From NCBI GenBank assembly GCA_951406725.2, contig OX597829.1:46190001-46254000 (forward strand): a stretch of 64,000 bases of DNA, read 5' to 3'. The translations under genes and the position numbers were made by a program. Below are positions 13,893-28,449 of the stretch, piece by piece. The notes beneath the pieces are model-generated. The model had not been told where the DNA came from. It saw nothing but the letters and a program-made list of their open reading frames with translations, and did not search any database. Source of the stretch: Octopus vulgaris (Eukaryota). Within the stretch, counting starts at the first letter, position 1, and the number at the start of each line of letters is the position of its first letter.

Positions 13893-14577
13893 TTCTATCT
13901 CTGGTGTTTATTCTTTTTTGTGTGTGCGAATGAAAAGATACCACTATCTGCAGTAAATCTATGTCCTATCCAGAACAAGATATTTCTGTCATTCTGTAAA
14001 CAACAAAGCACTATCTTTACTCTCTGTTACATTTGGGACCTACATATATCTTCCTTGTTTGCTGCCGTGTAAAACAATGTTACCGGTGATTGACTTCGAA
14101 TCTCAAATGAGAATTTATAACAACGCACCACCCTTATTTAATTTTCGATTTATTTGTTTCCGGTTTGCTGTTGGAAGACTGACTCAATAGGCTTTTGTTT
14201 ATTTCCTTATGCTGATCATTGAAATACCTATCAACCCTGTCTAATTTCGAATTGAACGATCGCCAGTTTATCTGTAGACGTTGTAAAACCACCAATCAAC
14301 AAATCATCCTACCACTGAATAATTATGGCACGCGCGTGTTTAGACAAAATCATCGATACCAAGGTAGGAATTTTATATTAGAACACGGCCATGATGGAGC
14401 ACTGCCTTAAAAGGTTTTAGCTGAACTAATTGACTCCAGGATTTATTTTTTAAAACCTAGTACTTATTCTATCGGTCTCTTTTGGGAAAACGCTAAGCTA
14501 TTGGAGACATAAATACACCAACACCGGTCGCCGAGCGGCGATGAGTGACAAACACAGACACAAAAGCAGACACACAC

Positions 14578-15100
14578 ATATACATACATACATACATACA
14601 AACATACATACATACATACATACATACATACATACATACATACATACATACGTACATACAAACATACATTCATACATTCATACATACATTCATACATACA
14701 TACATACATGCATGCATACATACATACAAACATACGTACATACATACATACATACATACATACATACATACATACATACATACATACATACATACATACA
14801 CATACATACATACATACATACATACATACATACATACATACATACATACATACATACATACATACATACATACATACACACATACATACATACATACATA
14901 CATACATGCATACATAATATGCATACATGCATACGTACATACAAACATACATTCATACATACACTCATACATACATACATACATGCATGCATGCATGCAT
15001 ACATACATACATACATACATACATACATACATACATACATACATACATACATACATACATACATACATACATACATACATACATACATACATGCATACAT
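14578..15100. repeat. (TACA)n microsatellite expanded from the internal repeat of a SINE type A 3' half (14385-14570, minus)
   Basis: Direct reading. Confidence 0.95.
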
Positions 15101-15387
15101 ATATGAGCCGGATTAAATACCGCAAGTTATCCCATTTAATTCTCTAACAATCACTCCATTCCGTGGCTGTGTGCCCCGAAACGATGCTCAAAGCAATAAT
15201 ACCGATGAGTTAACAAGATCTTAAAGTGGAGATTATGTGAGAGAAAAAAATTATGGATCAAGCCTCTACATAACAGTTGGTGACTAACTGTATGGTTCTT
15301 CAGTTCAGAACACATAGAGCCAGCATTTAGACAGTGTGTATGCGTGTGTGCGTGTGTGCGTGTGAGTGTGTGCGTGTGAGTGTGTGT

Positions 15388-15425
<38 letters not shown>

Positions 15426-15586
15426 ATGAATGTCTGTCTGCATATGTGGGCATGGACATGCGAGTGTAACTTCATGTGTAAATGTATATTAAATCCAGAT
15501 TTGTCACGGAGTTAGCAAACGCCAGCCATGTGTGTGGTGCTGACCAAAAATCGCAGCTGAAATGGTGAGTAAGACTGTTGGTGATG

Positions 15587-15596
15587 GTAGTAGTAG

Positions 15597-15653
<57 letters not shown>

Positions 15654-15717
15654 CAGCGATAGCAGCAGCAGCAGTAGTAGTAGCAGCGGCAGTAGTAGTA
15701 GCAGCGGCAGTAGTAGC

Positions 15718-15761
<44 letters not shown>

Positions 15762-15780
15762 CAGTAGTAGTAATAGTAGT

Positions 15781-15839
<59 letters not shown>

Positions 15840-15927
15840 CAGCGACAGCAGCAGCAGCAGCAGTAGTAGTAGCAGCGGCAGTAGTAGTAGCAGTAGTAGA
15901 AGTAGCAGCGGCAGCAATAGCAGCAGC

Positions 15928-15959
<32 letters not shown>

Positions 15960-15975
15960 CAGTAGTAGTAGTAGT

Positions 15976-16039
<64 letters not shown>

Positions 16040-16040
16040 A

Positions 16041-16095
<55 letters not shown>
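15587..16095. repeat. (TAG)n/(CAG)n compound trinucleotide repeat
   Basis: Direct reading. Confidence 0.97.
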
Positions 16096-16096
<1 letters not shown>

Positions 16097-16214
16097 AAAC
16101 AACGTTGTCTTTTGCGCTGATTTGAACCCTCGGTGGAGATAGCCGTAACGAATATCAGACGACGTTTTCTATTCGACAACGATCTACTAGTTATGTCTGT
16201 TCGGTTCGGTTGTT

Positions 16215-16518
16215 GTTTGTTCCTTCTCTCTCGAGCCATGCCTGGCTCATAAGGGCCGGTTTCCCAGTTTCCTTGGCGTATAGATTCCCCACCTGGACTG
16301 GACGTCGGCCCGTCGCAGGTGAGCTGCAAGATGCAGGAGGAAAGAATGAGAGAAAGTTGTGGCGAAAGAGTCAACAGAAGTTCGCCATTACCATCTGCCG
16401 GAGCCGCATGGAGCTTAGCTGTATCTCTCATAAACACACACATCGTCCGGTCTGAGATTCGAACCAGTGATCCCTCGACCGCGAGTCCGCTGCTCTAACC
16501 ACTAGGCCATGTGCCTCC
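16215..16518 (-). mobile_element. SINE head type R with an alternative 3' tail
   Basis: Head GGAGGCACATGGCCTAGTGGTTAGAGCAGCGGACTCGCGG; the tail differs from the 57081 copy and matches 60-128. Confidence 0.85.
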
Positions 16519-16576
16519 ACCTGTTCGGTAGCTTTGCAATTCTGATAACCGCCAGACAAATTATCACAAGATACTT

Positions 16577-17315
<739 letters not shown>

Positions 17316-17586
17316 TGATTATTTTGTTATATCTACATCCAGGTCCCACATCTTGAAAATATTGATTTTTGTTCTTTTCCTGGAGTTCAATCGCATAAAT
17401 ACCACTGATATACGGGGGGGTTCGATTCATTCATTCAATACATCATACCAATTCGTTGCATACCTTGGCATTATGCCTTGTCAAAAGAAATTAACTTAGC
17501 GCTTTTACAAACAACTTTTACACTCATTAGATATGTATGGTCGATTGAGACGATTGGCAAGGCTTCTTGATATCTTGGCATTAAAT

Positions 17587-18031
17587 CACCCACCACGGCC
17601 GCCGCCGCCGTCGCCACCACCAACACCAACACCAACACCACCACCACCACCACCACCACCACCACCACCACCACCACCACCACCACCACCACCACCACTA
17701 CCACCACCACCACCACCACCGCCACCACCACCACCACCACCACCACCACCACCACCACCACCACCACCACCACCACCACCACCACCACCACCACCACCAC
17801 CACCACCACCAACACCAACACCACCACCACCACCACCACCACCACCACCACCACCACCACCACCACCACCACCACCACTACCACCACCTCCACCACCACC
17901 ACCACCACCACCACACCACCACCACCACCACCACCACCACCACCACCACCACCACCACCACCACCACCACAACCACAACCACCACCACCACCACCAACAC
18001 CACCACCACCACCACCACCACCACCACCACC

Positions 18032-18063
<32 letters not shown>

Positions 18064-18099
18064 CAACAACACCACCACCACAACCACCACCACCACCAC
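17587..18099. repeat. (CCA)n microsatellite
   Basis: Direct reading. Confidence 0.97.
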
Positions 18100-18299
18100 T
18101 TTGCACCAACACACAAGCTATCGCACACAATTCTTTTCGTTCTGTCTGTTCTCTTTCGCCGTCTCTTCCTTTTATTTTTATTCAACGAAGTTTGTCTGCA
18201 GCTTAAAGGAGATCTTTTCGGCCATTTCAATAATATTTGGCGCCATCGATGAGGTATGAGTAAAAAGCGTACACACCGTCATCGCCAAAGCGACAGCGC

Positions 18300-18967
<668 letters not shown>

Positions 18968-19305
18968 ATACAACGTAAATTACTAGACTTTGTGAAAGAA
19001 TAAAATTCATTCAATGTGGCTCCTATATCGCTTCTCTGAAATTGAGGTCTAGCGCTCATGAAAGAAATCAATATGATAGTCTACCTATTACAACAATATT
19101 GGTGTGTGTCGGAAATCGATGTGATATACAAGCAGAATAACAATAACAACAACAACAACAACAGTAACAGCAACAACGGCAATAGTTGTAGCTTTTCAAC
19201 TTACAATCGTTTTCCCATGATTAATATAGAAGATATTTTTCTCGCCGTGTAATATTAAATCTGCGTTCGTGCAATGCTGTTAGGAAGCGTGTTATATATA
19301 TATAT

Positions 19306-19382
<77 letters not shown>

Positions 19383-19472
19383 TACATACATGTGTGTGTA
19401 TATGCGTGTAAGTGTATGCGCATGCGATGTATATGTGTATGTGTGTATGGACGTGTGTATATATGTATAAAC

Positions 19473-19532
<60 letters not shown>

Positions 19533-19569
19533 GGAATACATATATATAAGGAATGCATATATGTATTCT

Positions 19570-19795
19570 TTTATTCTTATACTTGTTTCAAACATCTGAC
19601 TGCGGTCTGGCTGGAGCACCGCCAAGAAAGGGTCTTGGTTTGAATCGACCCCACGACTCATTTCTTAAGCCTAGTAGTTGTTCTATCGGTCTCTTTTGCC
19701 GAATGGCTCAGTTACGGGGATGTAAACACACCGACATCGGTTGTTAAATGTTGATGGGGAGATAAAATAAACCAGACACAAAGAGAAACACACAC
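19570..19795 (-). mobile_element. SINE type A, 3' half, diverged
   Basis: Homology to the 3' half of 5390-5806. Confidence 0.75.
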
Positions 19796-19809
19796 ACGCA
19801 GATATATAC

Positions 19810-19859
<50 letters not shown>

Positions 19860-19892
19860 CCAAAAAATAAGCAACAAGAATGGATCAGTAGT

Positions 19893-19975
19893 TTAGTACA
19901 ATTGTTTCATACTATAACAATTTATTAAAGCTGCAAATATTACAGCAAATATAATGTTAAGTAATCTTCATCTAA
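19893..19975 (-). ncRNA. Degenerate type I hammerhead-like motif with long stem II
   Basis: TTAG-(A)TGAAGA-T-TACTTAACA...TGTTATAGTA-T-GAAAC-AATT-GTA-CTAA; C3 is mutated to A. Confidence 0.45.
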
Positions 19976-20179
19976 TTTCATATAGGTTTTCCAAACATCT
20001 TAGAGAGTGTAAATATACTTATAAAGTTATAGATGTGAGCTCCAGGAATTTGAAGCATCATTCCAAGCAGACCATATATGCTTTCCAACAATACAAAGTT
20101 CTTAAATTAATTAGTGACATCCCAGAGAAGGTAAATATACTCATAAAGATGTGGATACAAATTTCAGGAAACATGAAAG

Positions 20180-20600
20180 ATGCCAATCAGGACAGTATTC
20201 AAAAGTAATACAACACTTCGCAAATATGTCCTTCGAGTAAAAACCACCAACAGAAGAGAATATGACCAAAGACTGCGTGTACTCGATCCCATGCAGCTGT
20301 GGTAGGTTATACAAAGGCGAAACATGCCGCCCCATCAAAATAAGGGTAGAGGAACATCGCAAAGCTGTGACACGAGGAGATATTGATAAATCTTGTATAG
20401 CTGATCATGTATGGAAAAATGGAGACCACCTCCCCCTGTGGGATGAAGTTAAAATAATAGACAGAGAGCACCACTGGTAAATACGAAAACTAAAAGAAGC
20501 AGCACATATGCTAGGACACAACAACCTCCTAAGCAGACTGAGTGCAGATATGAGCAGAATATGGGAACCGGTATTAAGGAAGGATAGAAAAATGTTAGAT
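20180..20600 (+). pseudogene. Penelope-like element GIY-YIG endonuclease fragment
   Basis: IRTVFKSNTTLRKY...KDCVYSIPCSCGRLYKGETCRPIKIRVEEH...SCIADHVW...W*IRKLKEA. Confidence 0.88.
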
Positions 20601-20698
20601 TTATAGGCCCTGAAATTCACTCCATAGTATGGTGAGGAGGAGTGGAGAAAAAGAAACAGAAAATAAAAGAAAGAAAGAGAAACTCCATAACTATCCTC

Positions 20699-20771
20699 AG
20701 GCATATGGCTACTAACCCCAGGATTCTGAGCTCGATCCCAGGTGATGACTTGAATAATAATAATAATAATG

Positions 20772-20838
<67 letters not shown>

Positions 20839-20996
20839 CAACAACAACATCGAAAAATGCCTTAGGAATGAGAACCCAGGTTCGAAATTTCCCCAAGACA
20901 CCTGATGAATGCTGGGGGGTATATCAGCCGAAACGTTGTGTTAACAAAAAACAAGATGAGAACAAATATCCGTCAAATGTAAATAATATAAATAAT
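20699..20996 (+). mobile_element. tRNA-head / (AAT)n / hammerhead-tail element, copy 1
   Basis: Colinear with 45747-46013; the head has an internal deletion; hammerhead at 20898-20941. Confidence 0.75.
20898..20941 (+). ncRNA. Minimal type I hammerhead ribozyme, intact core
   Basis: ACAC-CTGATGA-AT-GCTG(loop)CAGC-C-GAAAC-GTT-GTGT. Stem I ACAC/GTGT, palindromic stem III AACGTT, GUU cleavage triplet. Confidence 0.75.
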
Positions 20997-21048
20997 TCCT
21001 CATCTCTTAAATATAGAACTATATTCTCTAATGCGACAGTCAAAAAGT

Positions 21049-21377
21049 TCTGGGATCCCCTTCGGTCACGACACAGACCATGGGATTGCACCAATAAAGT
21101 TACCCTCCCAGGCACAATTCCGGGCAAGGTCGTTTTATGAAAGACCAGCAGTCGTCCATGCATCCCAGCTTCCACTCTCCACGCCACCAGTGTTATCCAA
21201 GGGAAAGGCAACGGCCGATATAGCTTGGCATCAGTGACGTCGCAACTCATTTCTACAGCTGAGTGAATTGGAGCAATGTAAAATAAAGTGTGTTGCTCAA
21301 GAACACAACAGGCATCCCGGTCCGGGATTCGAGCTCACAACCTCACGATCGTAAGCTCGACGCTCTAACCGCTGAAC
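21049..21377 (-). mobile_element. SINE type C inserted in the MITE left arm
   Basis: 19-bp TSD AATGCGACAGTCAAAAAGT at 21030-21048 and 21378-21396. Confidence 0.9.
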
Positions 21378-21516
21378 AATGCGACAGTCAAAAAGTATAT
21401 TTCGAAAATCAAAACATTTTACCCATACGGTATTTTGTCGGTTGACATTTTAAATTTTATGGCCTGCCTGCAGAAATTTAACAGCTCGCGTTTAAAATGT
21501 CAACGGACAAAATACC

Positions 21517-21937
21517 TTTTTCTTTACTACCCACAAGGGGCTAAACACAGAGAGGAGAAACAAGGACAAAGGGATTAAGTCGATTACATCAACCCCAGTG
21601 CATAACTGGTACTTATTTTATCGACCCCGAAAGGATGAAAGGCAAATACGGCTACGCATTTCGCCCGACGTACTAACGTTTCTGCCAGCTCACAGCCTTC
21701 AACGGACAAAATACCTATTTCTTTACTGCCCACAAGGGGCTAAACACAGAGAGGACAAACAAGGACAGACAAACGGATTAAGTCGATTATATCAACCCCG
21801 GTGCGTAACTGGTACTTAATTTATCGACCCTGAAAGGATGAAAGGCAAAGTCGACCTCGGCGGAATTTGAACTCAGAAGGTAACGGCAGACGAAATACGG
21901 CGACGCATTTCGCCCGGCGTGCTAACATTTCTGCCAG
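21517..21937 (-). mobile_element. Two SINE type M monomers in the MITE right arm
   Basis: TCAACGGACAAAATACC occurs at 21500 and 21699, and CAAAATACC at 21938. Confidence 0.88.
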
Positions 21938-22149
21938 CAAAATACCGAATGGCTAAAATGTTTCTACTTTCGAAATATACTTTTTGACAGTCGCATTTGA
22001 ATGTGATTTTACACTGTAGAGTTATTTTGCATCACAACACTAATGCATATTGCGATTTCATTTTTAAGAAAGTCTTCGGCTGTTTTATAAATTTGAATTT
22101 AAATTAAGTTTTAAGCTAAAGCTTTGCCGAGATTTATTTACGTAATAAT

Positions 22150-22226
22150 GTATATATATGTGTGTGTATTTTTATTATGTATATATATATATATGTGTGA
22201 GTGTGTGTGTGTTTATTTTTATTATG

Positions 22227-22259
<33 letters not shown>

Positions 22260-22480
22260 ATTTTTATTATGTATATAGATATGTGTGTGTGTGTATGTGT
22301 GCATGTGTGTATATTTTTAATATGTATATATATATGTGTGTGTGTGTGTATGTGTGTGCGTGAGTGTGTATTTTTAATATGTATATATATGTGGGTGTGT
22401 GTGTGTGCGTGTGTGTATTTTTATTATGCATGTATATGTGTATGTATGTGCGTGTGTATTTTTATTATGTTTATATATAT
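22150..22480. repeat. Degenerate minisatellite, units of about 45-55 bp (TATTTTTATTATGTATATAT..GTGTGTG)
   Basis: About 7 recurrences of TATTTTT(AT)TATG separated by TA/TG runs. Confidence 0.7.
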
Positions 22481-22945
22481 ATATATATAAATGTGTATAT
22501 ATATATATATATATAAATGTGTATGTATATCTGTGTGTAATTTTGTATATGTGAGCATGTATTTGCGTACACATTTTTGTATTTTTCTATATGTTTGCGT
22601 ATCCATATGGTGTGTATATGTCTAGTAGATATACATGTAATTGTATGTGTGCGTTTTTATGTGTACGTTGCGCAAGCCGTATGAAGTATCCAAATGTTGT
22701 TGGTTACTTTCGGGTGTCATGACGTAGCACTCCCTTCCCCTACCTATTCTCCACCTTTCTCTCGCTTTCTTTCTATTTCTTCTCTTTCTTTCTTTTATTT
22801 TCTTTTTCTTCTTCTCCACTCTTCTCTTCCTCCTCCTCCTCCTTATACTAAATATTCGCTAATTTTTTTCCTTCTCTTTCTTTCGCCTGTAACAACAAAC
22901 TTGTATAAGTATACGCCAGGAAAGTTTAGGCGCGCGAATATGTGC

Positions 22946-22996
<51 letters not shown>

Positions 22997-23027
22997 TTTG
23001 TATATAATTTATTTCTTGCCTATATAT

Positions 23028-23441
23028 ATTTCTTTACAACCCACAAGGGGCTAAACACAGAGGGGACAAACAAGGACAGACAAAGGGATTAAGTCGATTA
23101 CATCTACCCCTGTGCGTAACTGGTACTTATTTAATCGACCCTGAAAGGATGAAAGGCAAAGTCGACCTCGGGGGAATTTGAACTCAGAACGTAACGGCAG
23201 ACGAAATACCTATTTCTTTACTACCCACAAAGGGCTAAACACAGAAGGGACAAACAAGGACAGACAAACGGATCAAGTCGATGACATCGACCCCTGTGCG
23301 TAACTGGTACTTATTTAATCGACCCCGAAAGGATGAAAGGCAAAGTCGACCTCGGCGGAATTTGAACTCAGAACGTAACGGCAGACGAAATACTGCGAAG
23401 CAGTTCGCCCGGCGTGCTAACGTTTCTGCCAACTCGCCGCC
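23028..23441 (-). mobile_element. Dimeric SINE type M
   Basis: TSD TCTTGCCTATATAT on both sides; monomers joined at GAAATACC|TATTTCTTT. Confidence 0.9.
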
Positions 23442-23632
23442 TGTGTCTTGCCTATATATGTCTGTGTATGTATGCAGCTATGTACATACATTTGTATGTT
23501 TTAGTGTATATATGTATATTATAGACGGTTTGGTATGTGCATATACTGCTAAATGTATATGTAATCCAACGTCAAAAAAATTTTTAACGGACGTAACTTT
23601 TAATGTATTAATTGAATTATATTTTACAAATA

Positions 23633-24051
23633 GGCGTAGGAGTGGCTGTGTGGTAAGTAGCTTGCTTACCAACCACATGGTTCCGGGTTCAGTCCCACTG
23701 CATGGCACCTTGGGCAAGTGTTTTCTACTATAGCCTCGGGCCAACCAAAGCCTTGTGAGTGGATTTGGTAGACGGAAACTGAAAGAAGCCCGTCGTATAT
23801 ATGTATTTATATATATATGTATGTGTGTGTGTGTGTGTATAAGTGTGTGTGTCGGTGTTTGTACCCCCTCCCAACATCGCTTGACAACCGATGCTGGTGT
23901 GTTTACGTCCCCGTCACTTAGCGGTTCGGCAAAAGAGAGCCGATAGAATAATTACTAGGCTTACAAAGAATAAGTGCTGGGGTCGAATTGCTCGTTTAAA
24001 GCCGGTGCTCCAGCATGGCCACAGTCAAATGACTGAAACAAGTAAAAGAGT
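23633..24051 (+). mobile_element. SINE type A
   Basis: Full copy. Confidence 0.92.
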
Positions 24052-24579
24052 AAATAATTATTTACCCTGGGTATTTTGACGCAGTCTTTCCTTATAAGCT
24101 ATTTTTTGGTTTTCTTCGATTTAAAAACATGATTTAATACCGAATTTTATTCATTACATGCAACGGTTATTGTAAAGACTATTATTTGAAAGGACCAATG
24201 AAACAAAACCATTTTCAAATGTGTATCCATTGAACTAAACGTATATATTTGCATATAACCCTATTTCTGTTGCATTCTAAACAAAACTGTCCGATGAACG
24301 GGAACGTTAAACTTTGAGTAACAGTTTTCGTGATATTTTTACTGCTTTTTAATAAAGCATATTACTCTACCTCTGGTATTCAAGAACTATTTTTTCCACC
24401 TTGTTTCGCATTTATGTGCTTACTCTGGTATATATATATATATATAACTTATAAAATAAGGGCAAAAGGAAAATTCTAATGCTAAATATGCCGAAAATAG
24501 ACAAATTGTCAATAACCATTATAATTTATGCGTCTCGAAACATGCCGATAGAAATTTCTAAAAAATTTCCGTTATTACT

Positions 24580-24920
24580 GTACTGGTCCCAATTTCAGAG
24601 TTGCAAATGGTTTCAGGCAGTTTTCTGGCTAACTTGAAGTTCTTTTGCCATGCCAATTCTCGAGTGATTTTACGTGGATCTTTCTCAAAGACGGTCTTTA
24701 ATTGACAGTCATCGATGACAGATGGCCGTCCACTACGCTCACGAACTTTGAGAGACATGTCTCCACTGCGAAATCGCTTAAACTATTTTCGAGCTGACCA
24801 CTCACTGGTCATTTTCTCACCAAAAGCTTCGTTGATATCGTGAGCACTTTCGGCTGCTTTACGTCCTTTTTTGGAGTTGAATAAAGAAATTGCTCGAATA
24901 TCGCTCTTTGACAGTTTCAT
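24580..24920 (-). pseudogene. Mariner transposase N-terminal HTH fragment
   Basis: MKLSKSDIRAISLFNSKKGRKAAESAHDINEAFG...FKRFRSGDMSLKVRERSGRPSVIDDCQLKTVFEKDPRKITRELA. Confidence 0.85.
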
Positions 24921-25145
24921 TTGAGATGATTGTAACAACGGTGAAAACAAAATATCGATTTTAATTTATTGATGCATTTGGGCAAGTCTATGTTTGTATT
25001 ATTAGATAATTGCAAAAAAAATATTTAAAAAATTTCAAAGCTTTGCAAAAATCCGGTACAAATTCTTCATGGTTCAAAACGTTGCTTACCTATTACTCAA
25101 CCTGGTATACATACACACAGGCTCACGCACGCGCACAAACACAGG

Positions 25146-25201
<56 letters not shown>

Positions 25202-25479
25202 AAGTAATGACGAAATGACAAATCATTTCAAGAAATGCCTACATATCACGTCTAATAAATTTCGCCAATGTCATTCATGCAATATTTAAGAAATCGAAGA
25301 TAAGGTCTTCGATATGAGATAACAAATTGGAAGACAATGATTCGAATATCGTCGCGAAAAATCCATCAGTCGATGATGCGTCGCAAAAATTTACTATGAA
25401 CTATAGTGAAAAATGTGAAACACGTAAGACATTGCCATCAAAATTCAATATTACTGAATTTTGCTGATTTATATAAACA

Positions 25480-25845
25480 CTAGCAGTATCGCCCGGCGTT
25501 GCTCGTGTTTGTAAGGGAAATAACTATATAAGCATTTTTAGAGATGTAAAGTTTAATAGCCATCTCAATATGGCTAACCACAAAGTGGGGGGAGGTGTTA
25601 CTGTAGCTTTTTACGTTCTGAGATTTAATTCCCTTATATATGCCAAAAATGCATTAAAAATGGGAAAAATTGATGGTAATTTTTTTTTAAATCGTAGACG
25701 CGCGCTAATACCCAGAAGGGCTCGATATGAATCACGACTACAAGATACCCGGTTTTGGTTAAACTGCACCGCAAAATGTAGGAGTAGTTAGGAATCTAAA
25801 TCGTAGGAGACAGACAGCACACAACCTCTCTTTTATATATAAAGA
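25480..25845 (-). mobile_element. Non-autonomous Helitron
   Basis: Minus-strand A|TC start and ...GCAACGCCGGGCGATACTGCTAG|T end; shares ends with 55619-56136. Confidence 0.85.
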
Positions 25846-26323
25846 TAATAAATCTGAACCTACTCTTCAATTAAGAATAATACAAAATTAAACAATCAAT
25901 GCAAAACGCTACATGAAAAATATATTAAAAGAAAACATTGTCCTCGTAAGGATGAAACCGTAATTTGTGGGAGAATTTGTGATTTAAGAATATGTTTATC
26001 ATAAAATCGAATTAATAATAGACATTACAAATTTGCTAAATATCGTCAATGCAATTATAAAAATTACAAACTGTCGTGATAATAATTTTGTTGATAGCAT
26101 ATACGAGACCAATGAATTACTAATTGAGGCTAATTTGATATATATTAAAAGTGTGTATGAATAAATGAGAAATAAATGTTATATGTCGGTACAAATCAAT
26201 AACAAATTGATTATATTCTAATTAGATTCCAGTACCACGAGAAGTTTAATTAAAAAACGTAGAAAGTTATTGAAACTCAACAATTAAACCCTGTCTCATT
26301 AAATTAAAACATTATTTGTCATA

Positions 26324-26752
26324 GGCGAAGGAGTGGCTGTGTGGTAGGAGACTTGGTTCCCAACCACATGGTTCCCAACCACATGGTTCCGGGTTCAGTC
26401 CCACTGCGTAGCACCTTGGGCAAGTGTTTTCTACTATAGACTCGGGCTGACCAAAGCCTTGTGAGTGGATTTGGTAGACGGAAACTGAAAGAAACCTGTC
26501 CTATATATATATGTGTGTATGTGTGTCTGCATGTGTATATTTGTGCATCTGTATTTGTCTCCCACCATCGCTTGACAACGACGTTGGTGTGCTTACGTCC
26601 CCGTAAACTAGCGGTTCGGCAAAAAATGTTACCGATAGAATAAGTACTAGGCTTTCAAAGAATAAGTCCTGGTGGTCGATTTGTTCGACTGAGTGCGACG
26701 CTCCAGTATGGCTGCGCTCAAATGACTGAAAAAAGGTAAGAGAATAAAAGAA
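26324..26752 (+). mobile_element. SINE type A (diverged; short internal duplication CCAACCACATGGTTC)
   Basis: Homology to family. Confidence 0.88.
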
Positions 26753-26786
26753 TATAAACATTTCAATTGAAAGGAGAAATCTATTA

Positions 26787-27750
26787 CCGTAAATCCTCGG
26801 GTATAGTCCACCCTTGAGTATAATACGCAGGGGCTTTTTAGGGGGTTGTACCTCTGAAAAACCTAAACCTTGTGTATAATACGCATCCCATCTCTAACTT
26901 AAATCAAGGAGGTCTATATAACGTCCTTGGTTTGTAAAAATGTATACGGTAACATCCTTTATTATTACCTCTTTTACCTCCTCTATCTTTGGCATCTGTT
27001 TAATTTCATCTTATTTCTTCTCTAAAACCTGACATTACTTTCGTCAACACCAAATTTTCTTCCGGCGGCCTTATTACCATGCTCTTCAGCATATGATATA
27101 ACTTCAAGTTTAAACATAGCTGAATAAGATCTACGAGGCATTTTATGAGCATGTAATGTTTTATTGGAGATTAATGTACAGGTTTAAGTCCCGCTTATAA
27201 AAAACCCTAGTAAAGGCCCACAGTAGTTCAAACATTTAATACTGGTATTTAATTAAGTATATATTGTTTGCCACGGTAATCCTGCAAATTGCCAATACAA
27301 ACAGTAGGATGAACTACTGAGCGCTAAACTATTAAGCACAATTCGTATGTTATTAAGCCAGCAGCTCCTAGTCGAACAAACACTTCCACGCATGCGTAAA
27401 TACAGTAATTGTGATGTTCTTAACTGTTATATGGGAATTGTAAATATGTTTGCAAATTGCTTTGTTACATGTTATTCTGTGTTCTGAATACTTTTATTTT
27501 AATAAAAGTTGCTTATTGCAAGTTATCGATGATTCTCTTATGACTTCATTGCTTTCAGGCTTAGTTTAAGGTATTTTCGCGCCCGACATCACAAAATGCG
27601 TCTGAATAAACATTGCTGGACAGCAAATAAACACTCGAGCATTACTTAGAAAATATTTTTCATTTTTAACCTCGTATATAGTACGTACTAGGGATTTTGA
27701 CCGTTAAATTTTGGGGGAAAAAAGTGCGGATTATACTCGAGGATTTACGG
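26787..27750 (-). mobile_element. Internally deleted Tc2/pogo-type DNA transposon
   Basis: TIRs CCGTAAATCCTCG(G/A)GTATA with TA TSD. Minus-strand relic MPRRSYSAMFKLEVISYAEEHGNKAAGRKFGVDESNVRF (Brinker-type HTH) starts at 27141. Confidence 0.88.
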
Positions 27751-27930
27751 TAATCTATTAATCTATTAATCCTTAAACAAAGGGGAAAAGGTTTTGTTGC
27801 ATGAACATATGTGCTAAATGGGCAAGATGTAGAAAGAAAGAAAAAATCTTTTTCTGAAGGTTAATTTTTATACTGAGGAGTAATGTTTATCGCCGTCGAA
27901 ATCTCTTATAAGGATTTTCTTAAGGAGCTT

Positions 27931-28116
27931 ACTCTTTACTCTCTTTTACTCTTTTACTTGTTTCAGTCATTTGACTGCGGCCATGCTGGAGCACCGCCTT
28001 TAGTCGAGCAAATCGATCCCGGGACTTATTCTTTGTAAGCCCAGTACTTATTCTATCGGTCTCTTTTGCCGAACCGCTAAGTTACGGGGACTTAAACACA
28101 CCAGCATCGGTTGTCA
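27931..28116 (-). mobile_element. 5'-truncated SINE type A
   Basis: 3' half only. Confidence 0.88.
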
Positions 28117-28449
28117 ATTTTTATACTTACTTTCACTTTAAAAGAGAACAACATCAATAATAAACTTTAGTCTCACGCACAATAAAATTTACCAACTCAC
28201 TATCAAAAAGTGCTGGAAAATATTCACTTTTCTATAATGATAGCCATTGATGATATCTACCGTTTAACGGTTAAATGGTAAAGTTGTAAATAAACAACAG
28301 AATTTAGAATCTATTGTTATAGAATCTAAAATAGGATCAAGTATTTTCAGATCGATTTTTTGGTGGGGCGTCTAATATATCATTGATATCTATAATCAAT
28401 AACATTGCATAATATTTTTTCAGTAATCTTGGTAATTCGAAATAACTTG

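Larger units (their letters stand above)
21030..21998. mobile_element. Palindromic MITE carrying nested SINE insertions
   Basis: Arms AATGCGACAGTCAAAAAGTATATTTCGAAA...GGTATTTTGTCGGTTGACATTTTAAA and the reverse complement ending ...TTTTTGACAGTCGCATT. Confidence 0.8.

Noticed and set aside
24286-24326. Hammerhead-like AACTGT-CCGATGAA...ACAGTT
   Set aside because: Stem I is present, but the GAAA box is lost and the first box is mutated; too degenerate to call.
27751-27770. AATCTATTA repeated on both sides of the Tc2/pogo element, suggesting a long TSD
   Set aside because: The canonical TA TSD is present; the rest is better explained by a pre-existing short tandem repeat at the target.
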